Of a stretch of DNA of 63,970 nucleotides, positions 28,019 through 36,677 are shown piece by piece (positions within the stretch are counted from its first letter, which is position 1; each line of letters starts with the position of its first letter). Below the pieces are notes generated by a model that saw only the letters and a program-made list of their open reading frames with translations, ran no database searches and was not told where the DNA came from. Source of the stretch: an uncultured Gammaproteobacteria bacterium (GTDB taxonomy: Bacteria > Patescibacteriota > Microgenomatia > PFEM01 > JAHIFH01); NCBI GenBank assembly GCA_964347135.1, contig CAYFXA010000003.1, forward strand, positions 1-63,970, written 5' to 3'. The position numbers were made by a program, and so were the translations under genes.

Positions 28019-28270
28019 TCAAACTTTTTGCGGTCGAGCCTCATTAACCACCATATTTCGTCCCTGAAAATCCTTACCATTAAACATTTCAATTGCTTTT
28101 TTTGCTTCTTCTTCACTACTCATTTCAACAAAGCCAAATCCCTTTGACCGACCTGAGTATTTATCACTAATAACCACGGCGCTCACTACTTTACCAGCCT
28201 GAGCAAAATGCTCTCCGAGCTGATCTCCAGTGACACTATAGTCAAGGTTGCCAACATAAAGTTTATTCAA
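28019..28270 (-). CDS. RRM-type RNA-binding protein
   Basis: 83 aa. RNP2 is KLYVGNL and RNP1 is KGFGFVEM. Confidence 0.9.
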   Translation of the reverse strand: MNKLYVGNLDYSVTGDQLGEHFAQAGKVVSAVVISDKYSGRSKGFGFVEMSSEEEAKKAIEMFNGKDFQGRNMVVNEARPQKV

Positions 28271-28411
28271 TTTTTCTCACCTCTTTTCTTGATTGCGGAA
28301 ATTTCTTTGGAGACCAACAGGAGACCAAAAAAACCACTTTTTAACATTAACAAAACAGATGTTAGCAAAAATCACCTAAAAAAGAAATAGGCAATCTTTT
28401 ATTAACCCCTT

Positions 28412-28954
28412 TTACTTCATTCCGTATCCTGCAGGACTGGCGTGGGCCTCCCAAAAGTGCTCGTTAGCATCTGTTCCGTGGGAAAATATAACTTCAAATT
28501 GACCCCAAATTGGGTAGCCACCTTCTCGCCAATAAGGACTCTCTTCTAGTTCTTCCCCAACCCAAATGATTTTGTAATGCCAGGTTTCGCCACTTCCCCC
28601 AGGCTTCTTTCCATTCCATTCATTATCTTCCCAAGCCTCTGGGCCCCATGTGCCACCATGAAATCTAGCTTCATCCCAACCCTTGGACCACTTCATCACC
28701 AAGTGGTCATTGGCATAAACAGGGTCTCCCCAAACTTTTCCGTCTAATTTTCTGTCGACACCGTCAGCCGAACCATTAAAAATTCTAGCACTGTAGTTAT
28801 AACCAAACTCATCAAAGCCTTTATTTGTGGCTTTTTCTCCTAAAACATTACCTTTGTTTAACAAAATCATCAAAGCAATACCAACAAACACACCAATCAG
28901 AAAAACAACCAAATAAGGAAGAGAGAGGAATTTTGTTTTCTTTCTCCGAGCCAT
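28412..28954 (-). CDS. hypothetical Trp-rich secreted/membrane-anchored protein
   Basis: 180 aa with an N-terminal TM helix (LPYLVVFLIGVFVGIALMILL) and a W/G-rich ectodomain. Function not recognised. Confidence 0.5.
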   Translation of the reverse strand: MARRKKTKFLSLPYLVVFLIGVFVGIALMILLNKGNVLGEKATNKGFDEFGYNYSARIFNGSADGVDRKLDGKVWGDPVYANDHLVMKWSKGWDEARFHGGTWGPEAWEDNEWNGKKPGGSGETWHYKIIWVGEELEESPYWREGGYPIWGQFEVIFSHGTDANEHFWEAHASPAGYGMK

Positions 28955-29073
28955 TTTTTCACCCCCTTTCTTTTTTAACTATAACACACCAAAAAGTTTA
29001 TTTAAATGAGTTTTCTCTTCCTTGCTCGCCCTCGTGGACGAAGTTCGGACTAGTTTTGTGGTATGCTGAAATC

Positions 29074-30117
29074 GTGAGAAGATTCCTGATTATATTAGCG
29101 GCCACTCTGATATTAGGCTTCGGATTTACAGGCTTTTTAATTTTTCAGAAACAAACAAAAAAACCACCCGAGCTTTTAGTAAATATTGAAAATAACTGTA
29201 TCGGTTTTCTCTCTGGTAATCCTCAAGAATTAAAAACTATTACTAAAATCGGCGGGGCATGGGTCAGGCCACATCCTGGACCATTTGCCTGGGGATGGAT
29301 AGAACCTGAAAAAGGAAGATTCTTTTTTAAAGAAACAGATATGTGGGTCAAAGAAAGTCAAAAAAATAATCTCGCTATCTTGGCTACCATATGGCCTTAT
29401 GCTGATTGGGATCAAGAAGTATGCCATAGTTCAGAATGTAAAGTGGCTCCTGAAGAGGAATTTTATCCTAAAGGATTCGGTCCGGGACGGGTAGGAATAC
29501 CGATTTCTCGGTGCGTTCCTTGCAGTCTTCAAGATTATAAAAATTTTGTTGCCAAAATGGTTGAAAGATATGATGGCGATGGTATTGAAGATATGCCTGG
29601 CTTAAAAATTCCAATAAAATACTGGGAAGTTCTTAATGAGCCCGAAATGGCTGAGCCAAGACTGACTTTTTTTATAGGCACTCAAGAGGAATATGTCGAG
29701 ATTTTAAAAGCAAGTAATCAGGCAATTAAGTCTGCTTGTTTGGATTGTAAGGTGGTTCAAGGGGGAGCACAACACTCAATGCCGGACAATCTAGCCTGGT
29801 GGGAAAAAGTATTTGACTGGGGAGGAGCCAACTATTTTGATGTCGCCAATATTCACTATATTAGGGAAGGAGATCTGAGCACGTTGAATGTTAAAGCCTT
29901 CAAAGCCCTAATGCAGAAAAAAGGAATAAAAAAGCCAATCTGGGTAACAGAAGCACAATATAGATCGGAAAACGAGATTGAACTATCTGTAGACGGAGCC
30001 TTAAATGCAGGTGCTTCAAAAATATTCTTTACCCAATTTGAGGTTGGCCGATTTGGCGTCCCTCTATCAGGAGAGTATTCAAGGGTGTATGAAAGAATAC
30101 CCTCAAAATGCAGGTAA
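29074..30117 (+). CDS. membrane-anchored clan GH-A glycoside hydrolase-like protein
   Basis: Start moved to the in-frame GTG at 29074 (VRRFLIILAATLILGFGF TM helix). The upstream 83 codons overlap the divergent gene. Motifs are WEVLNEPE (acid/base) and IWVTEAQY (nucleophile). Confidence 0.55.
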   Translation: MRRFLIILAATLILGFGFTGFLIFQKQTKKPPELLVNIENNCIGFLSGNPQELKTITKIGGAWVRPHPGPFAWGWIEPEKGRFFFKETDMWVKESQKNNLAILATIWPYADWDQEVCHSSECKVAPEEEFYPKGFGPGRVGIPISRCVPCSLQDYKNFVAKMVERYDGDGIEDMPGLKIPIKYWEVLNEPEMAEPRLTFFIGTQEEYVEILKASNQAIKSACLDCKVVQGGAQHSMPDNLAWWEKVFDWGGANYFDVANIHYIREGDLSTLNVKAFKALMQKKGIKKPIWVTEAQYRSENEIELSVDGALNAGASKIFFTQFEVGRFGVPLSGEYSRVYERIPSKCR

Positions 30118-30264
30118 ATTAAAGGTGCTCCCCAGTCCTGAGATTATTAGAACTTGTATTTCTAAAATAATAAAGGCTTTTGAGGATGTGGTGCAAACTG
30201 AACTAATTAGAGTTCGGTGGGAGGAGATTAAGAGACTTCAAGTCCAACCTGTCCTTGTCTCTAA

Positions 30265-31251
30265 CTAAACAACGGCAGACTCAAGTATTTCAAATTCCAA
30301 ATCATCAGCGTCCACCTTAGATTTAAGACCAATTGGCATTGGCAAATCCACAGTTTCGTGGCCAAAATCCATATTACCTATTATTAGAAAGTCATAATCT
30401 TTCAATACTTCCATGACAATTTCCTTAGGAGTTGGTTCATCAAGCCCCTCCCAAGCTGTTTTTTTGATACCTGGCAACTTACCAACCAACATTCCTGAGA
30501 TAACATCTAAAATTCCAGCATATTTGAGTTGATATAGGCCCTTTTCAATTCTGTAAGAAGGAGTGTTATCTATTTCCCAGAAAAAAATACAACCTCTTAA
30601 ATCTTCAGCTTTGGGGAAGTATTTTGTCCCCACAAGAGAAGCTAACATACTGAGGTTTCCTCCAAAGAGCATTCCTTCCACCCTTCCTTCCCTCCAACAT
30701 TCCCATTGGGTTAAGGGATTTACTTTTCCAATAGGCTCAGTGGAGGTAAGAACCTTAAAAAGCTGTTGTTTGCCATCTAATATCTTATTAGGTAGATGCT
30801 TCTCCCACATTTTACCTAATCCATAAGTCAACAAGGGCCCATGAAAACCCACCAAACCTACTCTAGTAAACAATGCGCTATGAACATTCGTAATATCACT
30901 GAACCCAATAAAAGGTTTTGGATTGGATTTAATCAGCTTGTAATCTAAGTGTTCCAAAACTGCGATTGCTGATTGTCCTCCATCGTGAACGATGATTGCT
31001 TTAATCTCTGGATCTGCAAACATCGAATTTATATCATCCGCTCTTTCTTCTGGAGTTCCTGCAAACCACCACTTAACCTTTCTTAAATTCTTACCCTCTT
31101 TGGCCTTAAATCCCAAACTTTTTAACTCTGCCACACCCTTTTTATATTGATTGTAATAATCACTTTTTTCATCTGTAGGAAAGGGGAAAGAGGTGACCAC
31201 TATTCCAATTGTATCGCCTTTATTTAATTTTGGTGGTTTTAACAATTTCAT
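30265..31251 (-). CDS. LD-carboxypeptidase (peptidase S66, LdcA/MccF-like)
   Basis: 328 aa. The nucleophile context is GFSDITNV and the C-terminal motif is DFGHE. Confidence 0.8.
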   Translation of the reverse strand: MKLLKPPKLNKGDTIGIVVTSFPFPTDEKSDYYNQYKKGVAELKSLGFKAKEGKNLRKVKWWFAGTPEERADDINSMFADPEIKAIIVHDGGQSAIAVLEHLDYKLIKSNPKPFIGFSDITNVHSALFTRVGLVGFHGPLLTYGLGKMWEKHLPNKILDGKQQLFKVLTSTEPIGKVNPLTQWECWREGRVEGMLFGGNLSMLASLVGTKYFPKAEDLRGCIFFWEIDNTPSYRIEKGLYQLKYAGILDVISGMLVGKLPGIKKTAWEGLDEPTPKEIVMEVLKDYDFLIIGNMDFGHETVDLPMPIGLKSKVDADDLEFEILESAVV

Positions 31252-31613
31252 TTCTCAAAATAATGTTTCTCATCTTGAAATCTATTAGGCCAAAAGTCTA
31301 GTTGTTCTTCTGGAATTTTTAATTTCTTACCATATTCAATTATTGGCTTCCAGGTTGAAATATGCGGTTTTACCTTAAAAACCTTATCCTTGAAAATCAC
31401 TATCAGCTCCTCATCATTGTAAAGATGGGCATACCAGGCCTCATCACTCCTCATGTTGTCTTGAATTTTCTTAATCGTTTGTTCAACTTTCGAGTCGTTA
31501 ATCTCTATCCCATATATTCCCCAGCTTCCGCTTTGCTTTTTAGCAAAAATCTTAAACCTTTTAGGAAAAGTTTTATCTTCAAATTCTTGGTCAATTATTA
31601 TTCCGTGATACAT
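31248..31613 (-). CDS. hypothetical protein
   Basis: 121 aa with a 4-nt overlap to the downstream gene. No motif recognised. Confidence 0.45.
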   Translation of the reverse strand: MYHGIIIDQEFEDKTFPKRFKIFAKKQSGSWGIYGIEINDSKVEQTIKKIQDNMRSDEAWYAHLYNDEELIVIFKDKVFKVKPHISTWKPIIEYGKKLKIPEEQLDFWPNRFQDEKHYFEK

Positions 31614-31678
31614 TCTAACCAGATTTTATCAAAATCATAGTTTTATAGCTAACGATATAATATAGGTGGGGAGGAAGC

Positions 31679-32644
31679 ATGATTGTTGCAGTAGATGAAA
31701 CTGGGTCGTTCAGAGACTCAACAGGAAAAAGTTTTGGAATTGTCACGCTTGTAACCGTGACAGATAAAGAATGGAGTAAATTTTCAGACTTTATGAGTTC
31801 CCTCTTTCCTGATGGATTTATTGGGGTAAAAGGAAAGACCTTGACAACATCGCAAAGGAAAAATGTCCTCAAATATATTGGCAGTAAACCAGAAATTAAA
31901 TACACCGCCTTTTTATACGATCTAAGCGGAGGAAGCGATGAGTGGGTTGATTATCATAAAAAAGGAACGATTGAAAAAGCTGAAGCTAGGATAAGTGAGA
32001 TGGGAAACAAGCTTCATCCAAAATACCTTAAAGATATCAGGCTGTACCTTAACCAACTCAGAAGTTACAGCATCGGGGATTATGCAAAATTTGTCATGTT
32101 TACAGAATTATTTACCGAGTGGCAAAGATATTTTCAGTTTGATTATTTCTACACCCATATCGCTAACGACAGCTGGCGCATGCACCACATCATCGATACA
32201 CAAAACAAGCCAAACAAATTTATAAGACTAGTGCAAGCAACACTGAAGCTAACTACAAGTGAACTAAATCCGAATTATGGAATTTATACCCCAAAAGAGT
32301 GGGGATTAGACCATCCTTTCATTGAATATCATTCAAAAGATGGTGACCCGCAAAGACATGACGCTAGTAAATTTTATGAAGATTTTAGGATTGGTGATGA
32401 AAAAGTTGATGCTTCTCTTGTCCTTCCAGATATAATCGGCCACTCAATTATGTTTTCAATATTAAACAGAAAGGAAAAAGCTTGGCTCAAATGTTTAAAA
32501 AGACTTCGGCAAAATCGTTCTTTTACAATTACCACGAAACATAAACAAGGCTATTACCATATAACAGGGTTTGACAAATCAAAAGATCCGAGAGATGTCA
32601 ATCCTACGATTAAGGAACATTGGATTCTGATGAAAAAAATTTAG
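31679..32644 (+). CDS. hypothetical protein, DUF3800-like N-terminus
   Basis: 321 aa. MIVAVDETGSF resembles the DUF3800 start (xxxDESG). It is the only plus-strand gene at the edge of the accessory island. Confidence 0.45.
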   Translation: MIVAVDETGSFRDSTGKSFGIVTLVTVTDKEWSKFSDFMSSLFPDGFIGVKGKTLTTSQRKNVLKYIGSKPEIKYTAFLYDLSGGSDEWVDYHKKGTIEKAEARISEMGNKLHPKYLKDIRLYLNQLRSYSIGDYAKFVMFTELFTEWQRYFQFDYFYTHIANDSWRMHHIIDTQNKPNKFIRLVQATLKLTTSELNPNYGIYTPKEWGLDHPFIEYHSKDGDPQRHDASKFYEDFRIGDEKVDASLVLPDIIGHSIMFSILNRKEKAWLKCLKRLRQNRSFTITTKHKQGYYHITGFDKSKDPRDVNPTIKEHWILMKKI

Positions 32645-32723
32645 AAATGCAATGAAAATGTAATTGGATGAGACTAAGAAAAAACGGCCTTACAACTTTT
32701 TCCAAACAACTTATCTTTCCTAA

Positions 32724-32752
32724 TAGCCAGGATTTTCGACCTATGGCCGAAT
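32724..32752. repeat. island repeat, copy G (short, degenerate)
   Basis: CCAGGATTTTCGACCTATGGCC shares the GATTTTCGAMC..TGG core with copies A-F. Confidence 0.4.
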
Positions 32753-32760
32753 ATTATTAA

Positions 32761-32783
32761 CCCGCTATTGGACTCGAACCACC
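32761..32783. other. degenerate tRNA 3'-end-like fragment (possible island boundary/att scar)
   Basis: CCCGCTATTGGACTCGAACCACC compares with the plus-strand image of the tRNA-Asn 3' end, TCCGCGGGTAGGATTCGAACCTAC (37856-37879). The GGAyTCGAACC core matches 10/11. No cloverleaf can be drawn. Confidence 0.35.
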
Positions 32784-32901
32784 TAAATTTAGCCTGAAAA
32801 TGGTCGTAAAATACGGCTTAAATCTTCAAATGACGAGGATTTCTAAAGGAAAATCCAACTCAATTAGCCTTGAAGGTAGCTAAGTTCTAAATTGTGTCAA
32901 T

Positions 32902-32950
32902 CAGCTCGCCCGATGGGATGATTTTCGAACCGCTAATTGGCTAGAGCTAG
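32902..32950. repeat. island repeat, copy A
   Basis: CAGCTCGCCCGATGGGATGATTTTCGAACCGCTAATTGGCTAGAGCTAG. The ends form an imperfect inverted repeat (AGCTCGCC / GGCTAGAGCT). Confidence 0.6.
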
Positions 32951-33039
32951 TAAGATTCCCAGAAAAAACTGACTAGACTATGTCTGAACTTCTCCTACCA
33001 TTTTATTAAAAAGAGAATGTCTAAGTTTCCTGCTTTTTC

Positions 33040-33522
33040 CTAAAGGAATTTTAAAAAAAATTGAGCCGGACCTCGATAATAGTAATCTTCAATAATTCCC
33101 ACGGGTTTATAGCCATATTTTAAATAAAAACCAACGGCTCTTCTATCATCGGGGTTAGTGTGAACTATTACTTTTGGGATTTGTTTTTGCCGTGCAACTT
33201 TTTCAACTGCCCCCAGCAACTTACCACCAACACCTCGTCGCTGATACTGGGGTAAAACACCAATATTAGTTATCTGTAATTTATTTCTACCTTCACGCCC
33301 AAAAATAAAACTTTCCGGCTGGGCATGAACCACACCAATAACCAAATCTTTGTTTAAGGTAGCTTTAAAAGCAGTTGCCTTTTTACTATCAAGCGACCGC
33401 TGTGCCTCCTCAAAAGAATACCATTCGGCCAAATCGGCATCATCAGTTACAGAAAATGCTCGCTGGATAATTTCAGTAAACCTGTCAAATTTTTGAATAG
33501 AAGTAATCGTTGCCTTCTGCAT
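33040..33522 (-). CDS. GNAT-family N-acetyltransferase
   Basis: 160 aa. The acetyl-CoA motif A is QRRGVGGKLLGAVE. Confidence 0.85.
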   Translation of the reverse strand: MQKATITSIQKFDRFTEIIQRAFSVTDDADLAEWYSFEEAQRSLDSKKATAFKATLNKDLVIGVVHAQPESFIFGREGRNKLQITNIGVLPQYQRRGVGGKLLGAVEKVARQKQIPKVIVHTNPDDRRAVGFYLKYGYKPVGIIEDYYYRGPAQFFLKFL

Positions 33523-33579
33523 AATCTGAATAATAATTTAATTATACTAAAATCGAGGGTTGTATTCTATCTGGAATAG

Positions 33580-33726
33580 AAACGAGACGATTTTCGAATT
33601 GAGCTCGAAGGGCGTAAGTTTAATATAACCAAGAGTTTTTCCCATATTATCAAGACTTTTGAAGATTTTAGGTTTGTGCAGGAGTTGAGGGAGGAAATAA
33701 ATAAGTTAAAACCTTGTTTAGCTTTA
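33580..33726. repeat. island repeat, copy B (core plus tail ending in GTTTAGCTTTA)
   Basis: The core GAGACGATTTTCGAATTGAGCTCG is at 33583-33606. The tail ...GAAATAAATAAG...GTTTAGCTTTA (33716-33726) is shared with copy D. Confidence 0.5.
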
Positions 33727-33743
33727 GCCAGTTAATCGGAAAG

Positions 33744-34205
33744 CTATCTAATACTTTTCTCCCATTTTCTGTATATTTCTAAAGCCTCATCAAAGTAGGT
33801 TTTATCTTGAATGAATTCAATCTTTCTATTTAGTTTCTTAACAATTCTTTCAAAATCGTGATTGCCCTCATAAGAATATTTCAAATTGACATCATTTCGA
33901 GCTAAAACATAGTAAACTCTTTTAATCCCAGACCAATAAATCTTGCCTAAACACATCAGGCATGGAGCTAAAGAAGTATATAACTCGTATTCTCCTAATT
34001 GGTCATCGGTCTCCGCCGTTACTTTATCAATCAACTTTGTTTCTGCATGAAGGTGCTGATGAGGATAAGCACTGCTTGTTTCGGTACCAATAATTTTATT
34101 TCCTTCAACAATAACTGCCCCAGCAGGAAATTTTCCTTGTTCAAGCGAGTCTTTTGACAACTCTATTGCCTTTTTTATAAAGTTTTTATTCATTTTTATC
34201 CCCAC
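33744..34205 (-). CDS. CMP/dCMP-type zinc deaminase (nucleoside/tRNA-adenosine/guanine deaminase-like)
   Basis: 153 aa. Motifs are HAETKLI (HAE) and PCLMCLGKI (PCxxC). The start may be the ATG at 34193. Confidence 0.8.
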   Translation of the reverse strand: MGIKMNKNFIKKAIELSKDSLEQGKFPAGAVIVEGNKIIGTETSSAYPHQHLHAETKLIDKVTAETDDQLGEYELYTSLAPCLMCLGKIYWSGIKRVYYVLARNDVNLKYSYEGNHDFERIVKKLNRKIEFIQDKTYFDEALEIYRKWEKSIR

Positions 34206-34699
34206 ATTCTTTTAAGAGCAGGAAAACGCTCCATGTTTAAATGGTCCATAACAGCAATATTCCAGCCTGTATGTAATACTTCATGCTGGTCTAATGCCCA
34301 AAGCATATCGACAACATCAATCAGCTTTTTGCTCCATGGAACCTGAACCTTTTTCTTGCATTTTTCCTCACTGGCTAAAATAGCGATTAATTCCTGGTCT
34401 GCTTTTTTAAGCTCAGATAGCAGTTCCTTTTTGCTTTTTGCCTTCAGTTCTTGATTGTAGAAATCTCCAAATTTCAGCCTTCCTTTTTCAACCGCCAGCA
34501 TATAAGTTCGCTGGACATTAATTTGATGGGCCAAACTTTCTCTGGGGGAATCTGATTTCCTGTCAGGAGTATCTACCATCCGAAAGTCAAACTTGTTTTC
34601 AGGAACTCGTTCATAAAATTCCCTGTTTATCTCTCGATTGGCAAAAAATGTTTTTAAAAAGTCTTTTGCTTTTGGGTTGGTTACTTTTGAAATGTCCAT
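34196..34699 (-). CDS. DinB-family (DinB_2-like) four-helix-bundle protein
   Basis: 167 aa with conserved His positions (LAHQINV, HEVLHTGW). It overlaps the deaminase gene by 10 nt. Confidence 0.65.
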   Translation of the reverse strand: MDISKVTNPKAKDFLKTFFANREINREFYERVPENKFDFRMVDTPDRKSDSPRESLAHQINVQRTYMLAVEKGRLKFGDFYNQELKAKSKKELLSELKKADQELIAILASEEKCKKKVQVPWSKKLIDVVDMLWALDQHEVLHTGWNIAVMDHLNMERFPALKRMWG

Positions 34700-34706
34700 T
34701 TTCTAT

Positions 34707-34712
34707 ATTTTA
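34707..34712 (-). promoter_or_regulatory. -10 box TAAAAT, 7 nt upstream of the DinB ATG (leaderless design)
   Basis: The minus strand reads TTGAGGTAAAATATAGAAATG. Confidence 0.35.
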
Positions 34713-34830
34713 CCTCAAGCAAAGGAAATTTATAAGTTTAGCTTCAATTTTCCCTTCGCACTAAGGGATTCTATTAGAGGCGATTTAAGGCTAGTTTCTG
34801 CCTGAAGTTCTTGGGTATAATAAGTTCCAA

Positions 34831-34925
34831 CTGGCTCGCTCTAGTTGATGATTTCCGAACCGTTAATTGGGTTCATCCTGAGATGGTTTATCGGAAATCT
34901 GTTTTATTTCTTGAGCATTATTCTC
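34831..34925. repeat. island repeat, copy C (long form)
   Basis: CTGGCTCGCTCTAGTTGATGATTTCCGAACCGTTAATTGGGTTCATCCTGAGATGGTTTATCGGAAATC... aligns over ~95 nt with copy E. Confidence 0.65.
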
Positions 34926-35094
34926 TCCACTAAAGAATCTTATTAATTTGAACTTTGTCTAGGAACCTTAAATGAAGTGCACTGAAGCTATCGCAAAAAG
35001 AAAGGGTCAGTACCTCCTGGTTTTTGTAATCCTTGAGATGCTGACCCACTTTGTGAGATTGTAAACTGGCACCCGTAAACAACGTAGGAATCGG

Positions 35095-35334
35095 TTATCC
35101 TTTGGTAGATTCACCTTTCTTCCCTAATCGAACGGATGTACCAGTCCAATAGGCAGGACTCCCTTGCCTATTGGTAACAGGAGAGCCTCCTATGTGAAGA
35201 CGTCCACATTCTCCACAAGGAAAGGCGTTAGTGGCAGAGGAACAACCAGTCTGAAGTAAAACGGGAGTGTTTATGTCAATTACGCCCCTGCAACCCTCCT
35301 CTTCACAACTCATCTCCTCTTGTGTATCGTTCAT
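35095..35334 (-). CDS. small Cys-rich (zinc-ribbon-like) hypothetical protein
   Basis: Start moved to the ATG at 35334, preceded by GAGGAGGTTGTG (SD). MNDTQEEMSCEEEGCRG...CGECGRLH contains 2 CxxC-like pairs. Confidence 0.5.
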   Translation of the reverse strand: MNDTQEEMSCEEEGCRGVIDINTPVLLQTGCSSATNAFPCGECGRLHIGGSPVTNRQGSPAYWTGTSVRLGKKGESTKG

Positions 35335-35463
35335 CACAACCTCCTCTTTCCCTCTCTTTCCTAAACTTAACCACGAACCCTCCTTAAACAAGTATCGATG
35401 AGCCTATATTCAATTGTGCTGGTAATTATACCAAATTAGAAGCAAATTTCAATCTTATAGAAT

Positions 35464-35595
35464 GCTAGCTCGCTAGATGGGACGATTTTCGAATTGTGGA
35501 GTGGGTGAGTTTGATTAAAAATCCCAAGGAAATGATGGTTAAAATAAATCAGGTATTAGCTCTTTGTGGACAAAATTAGAACCAGTTTAGCTTTA
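35464..35595. repeat. island repeat, copy D (core plus tail ending in GTTTAGCTTTA)
   Basis: GCTAGCTCGCTAGATGGGACGATTTTCGAATTGTGGAGTGGGTGAG, with tail AAAATAAATCAG...GTTTAGCTTTA (35585-35595). Confidence 0.6.
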
Positions 35596-35599
35596 AAAT

Positions 35600-36469
35600 C
35601 TAACTTTTTCTGTGCTGAATTAAGGCTCCTGTAATTATCAGCAGTAAACCAATAAGCTGGGCAATAACTATTCTCTCATTAAGAAGGACAAATATATATA
35701 CCAATGAGGCAAACGGAGTTAAATACGCAAGACTCGCAACTCCTACGGTTTTTCCTAGATTAAGAGCCTTAAACCAGAGAAAATAAGCAATCGCTAGATT
35801 AAAGATGCCTAAAGATAAAATACCCCACAAACTGGTTTGTGTTGGCACAACTGGCTTACTTAAAAGTAACAAGGCGGGTATGGACAACAAAAACATCGTT
35901 GCAAAATAAACAAAATAACTAATGTTGATATCTTCTTTATTTTTCCTTCCTAAGTTAGAAAACAAACCCCAACATACTCCTGCAAAAAGGGCAAAACTTG
36001 CTCCTAACGGATTACTTATCCTGAATTCAGAAAAATCTCCTTTGGTGATAATTACTACTACGCCAATGAAACCAAGAAGAACGGCGAGCATTTTTTTGAC
36101 TGTCAATTTTTCATTAAATATTGGAATGGCAAAAACCACCACCATAATTGGCCAAATATAATTAAGCATCATTGCTTCGGATGCAGGAATCAATTTCAAA
36201 CTTAGCCAGTATGAAAAATAATAGAAAAATGCTGGGATTGCATACAAAGACAATTTGGCAAGCGATTTAGGTTTCAGTTTTCTAATAAGAGACAGTTTTT
36301 TAAGAAAAATAAGAAACACAAAATTAACAAGCGCAGCAATGAAGAAGATATAAAACTGAAGCTGGAAACTGTCCAAATCTTTTAAAGAAAGTTTACTAAC
36401 GGCAGCAAAAGACCCCCAAATTAAGACAACACCCAGAGTAAGTAAATAAGCCTTAATTCTGTCAGTCAT
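35600..36469 (-). CDS. EamA/DMT-superfamily transporter
   Basis: 289 aa with ~10 hydrophobic helices arranged as two EamA-like halves. Confidence 0.85.
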   Translation of the reverse strand: MTDRIKAYLLTLGVVLIWGSFAAVSKLSLKDLDSFQLQFYIFFIAALVNFVFLIFLKKLSLIRKLKPKSLAKLSLYAIPAFFYYFSYWLSLKLIPASEAMMLNYIWPIMVVVFAIPIFNEKLTVKKMLAVLLGFIGVVVIITKGDFSEFRISNPLGASFALFAGVCWGLFSNLGRKNKEDINISYFVYFATMFLLSIPALLLLSKPVVPTQTSLWGILSLGIFNLAIAYFLWFKALNLGKTVGVASLAYLTPFASLVYIFVLLNERIVIAQLIGLLLIITGALIQHRKS

Positions 36470-36475
36470 ATCCCA

Positions 36476-36503
36476 ATTCTACCATAACACCCCCCTCTAG
36501 CAA
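36476..36503 (-). promoter_or_regulatory. promoter TTGCTA-16-TGGTAGAAT, 6 nt upstream of the EamA ATG (leaderless design)
   Basis: The minus strand reads TTGCTAGAGGGGGGTGTTATGGTAGAATTGGGATATG. The TGGTAGAATTGGG(A/T)TATG block recurs upstream of the 2H-phosphoesterase gene. Confidence 0.45.
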
Positions 36504-36511
36504 ATATTACA

Positions 36512-36542
36512 AACCAAAAAAAAGCCCAGTAAATCGGGCTTT
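36512..36542 (-). terminator. rho-independent terminator (minus strand)
   Basis: The minus strand reads AAAGCCCGATTTACTGGGCTTTTTTTTGG. The stem is AGCCC/GGGCT (extendable with A-U pairs), followed by a run of 8 T. Confidence 0.55.
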
Positions 36543-36548
36543 CTATTC

Positions 36549-36672
36549 CTAGCTCGCCCTAGTTGATGATTTCCGAACTATGGAGTGGGCTCATCCTGGG
36601 GTGATTTATCAGAAGTCGGTGGAATTTTTACAGGTTTATGTTCATCGTGGGCGGAGTTAGAGCTAGTCTAAC
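36549..36672. repeat. island repeat, copy E (long form, flanked by an imperfect inverted repeat)
   Basis: CTAGCTCGCCCTAGTTGATGATTTCCGAACTATGGAGTGGGCTCATCCTGGGGTGATTTATCAGAAGTC... The left end CTAGCTCGCCC pairs with the right end GGGCGGAGTTAGAGCTAG. Confidence 0.65.
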
Positions 36673-36677
36673 TGCCT

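Noticed and set aside
28825-29073. 83-codon N-terminal extension of the GH-A gene in the ORF track
   Set aside because: It overlaps the divergent gene 28412-28954 and lacks protein-like features. The in-frame GTG at 29074 starts a proper TM helix.
31615-31905. 96-aa minus-strand ORF spanning the 31248-31613 / 31679-32644 junction
   Set aside because: It overlaps the start of the DUF3800-like gene on the opposite strand and has hydrophobic low-complexity composition with no start context.
31679-32644. The EDFRI motif inside the DUF3800-like protein as the parent of the DDFR(T/I) repeat peptides
   Set aside because: Only 4-5 residues match and the flanking sequence is unrelated. This is most likely coincidence.
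32902-36672. The island repeats as tRNA pseudogenes
   Set aside because: They contain a T-loop-like GATTTTCGAAC core, but no complementary T-stem, acceptor stem or anticodon arm can be drawn for any copy.
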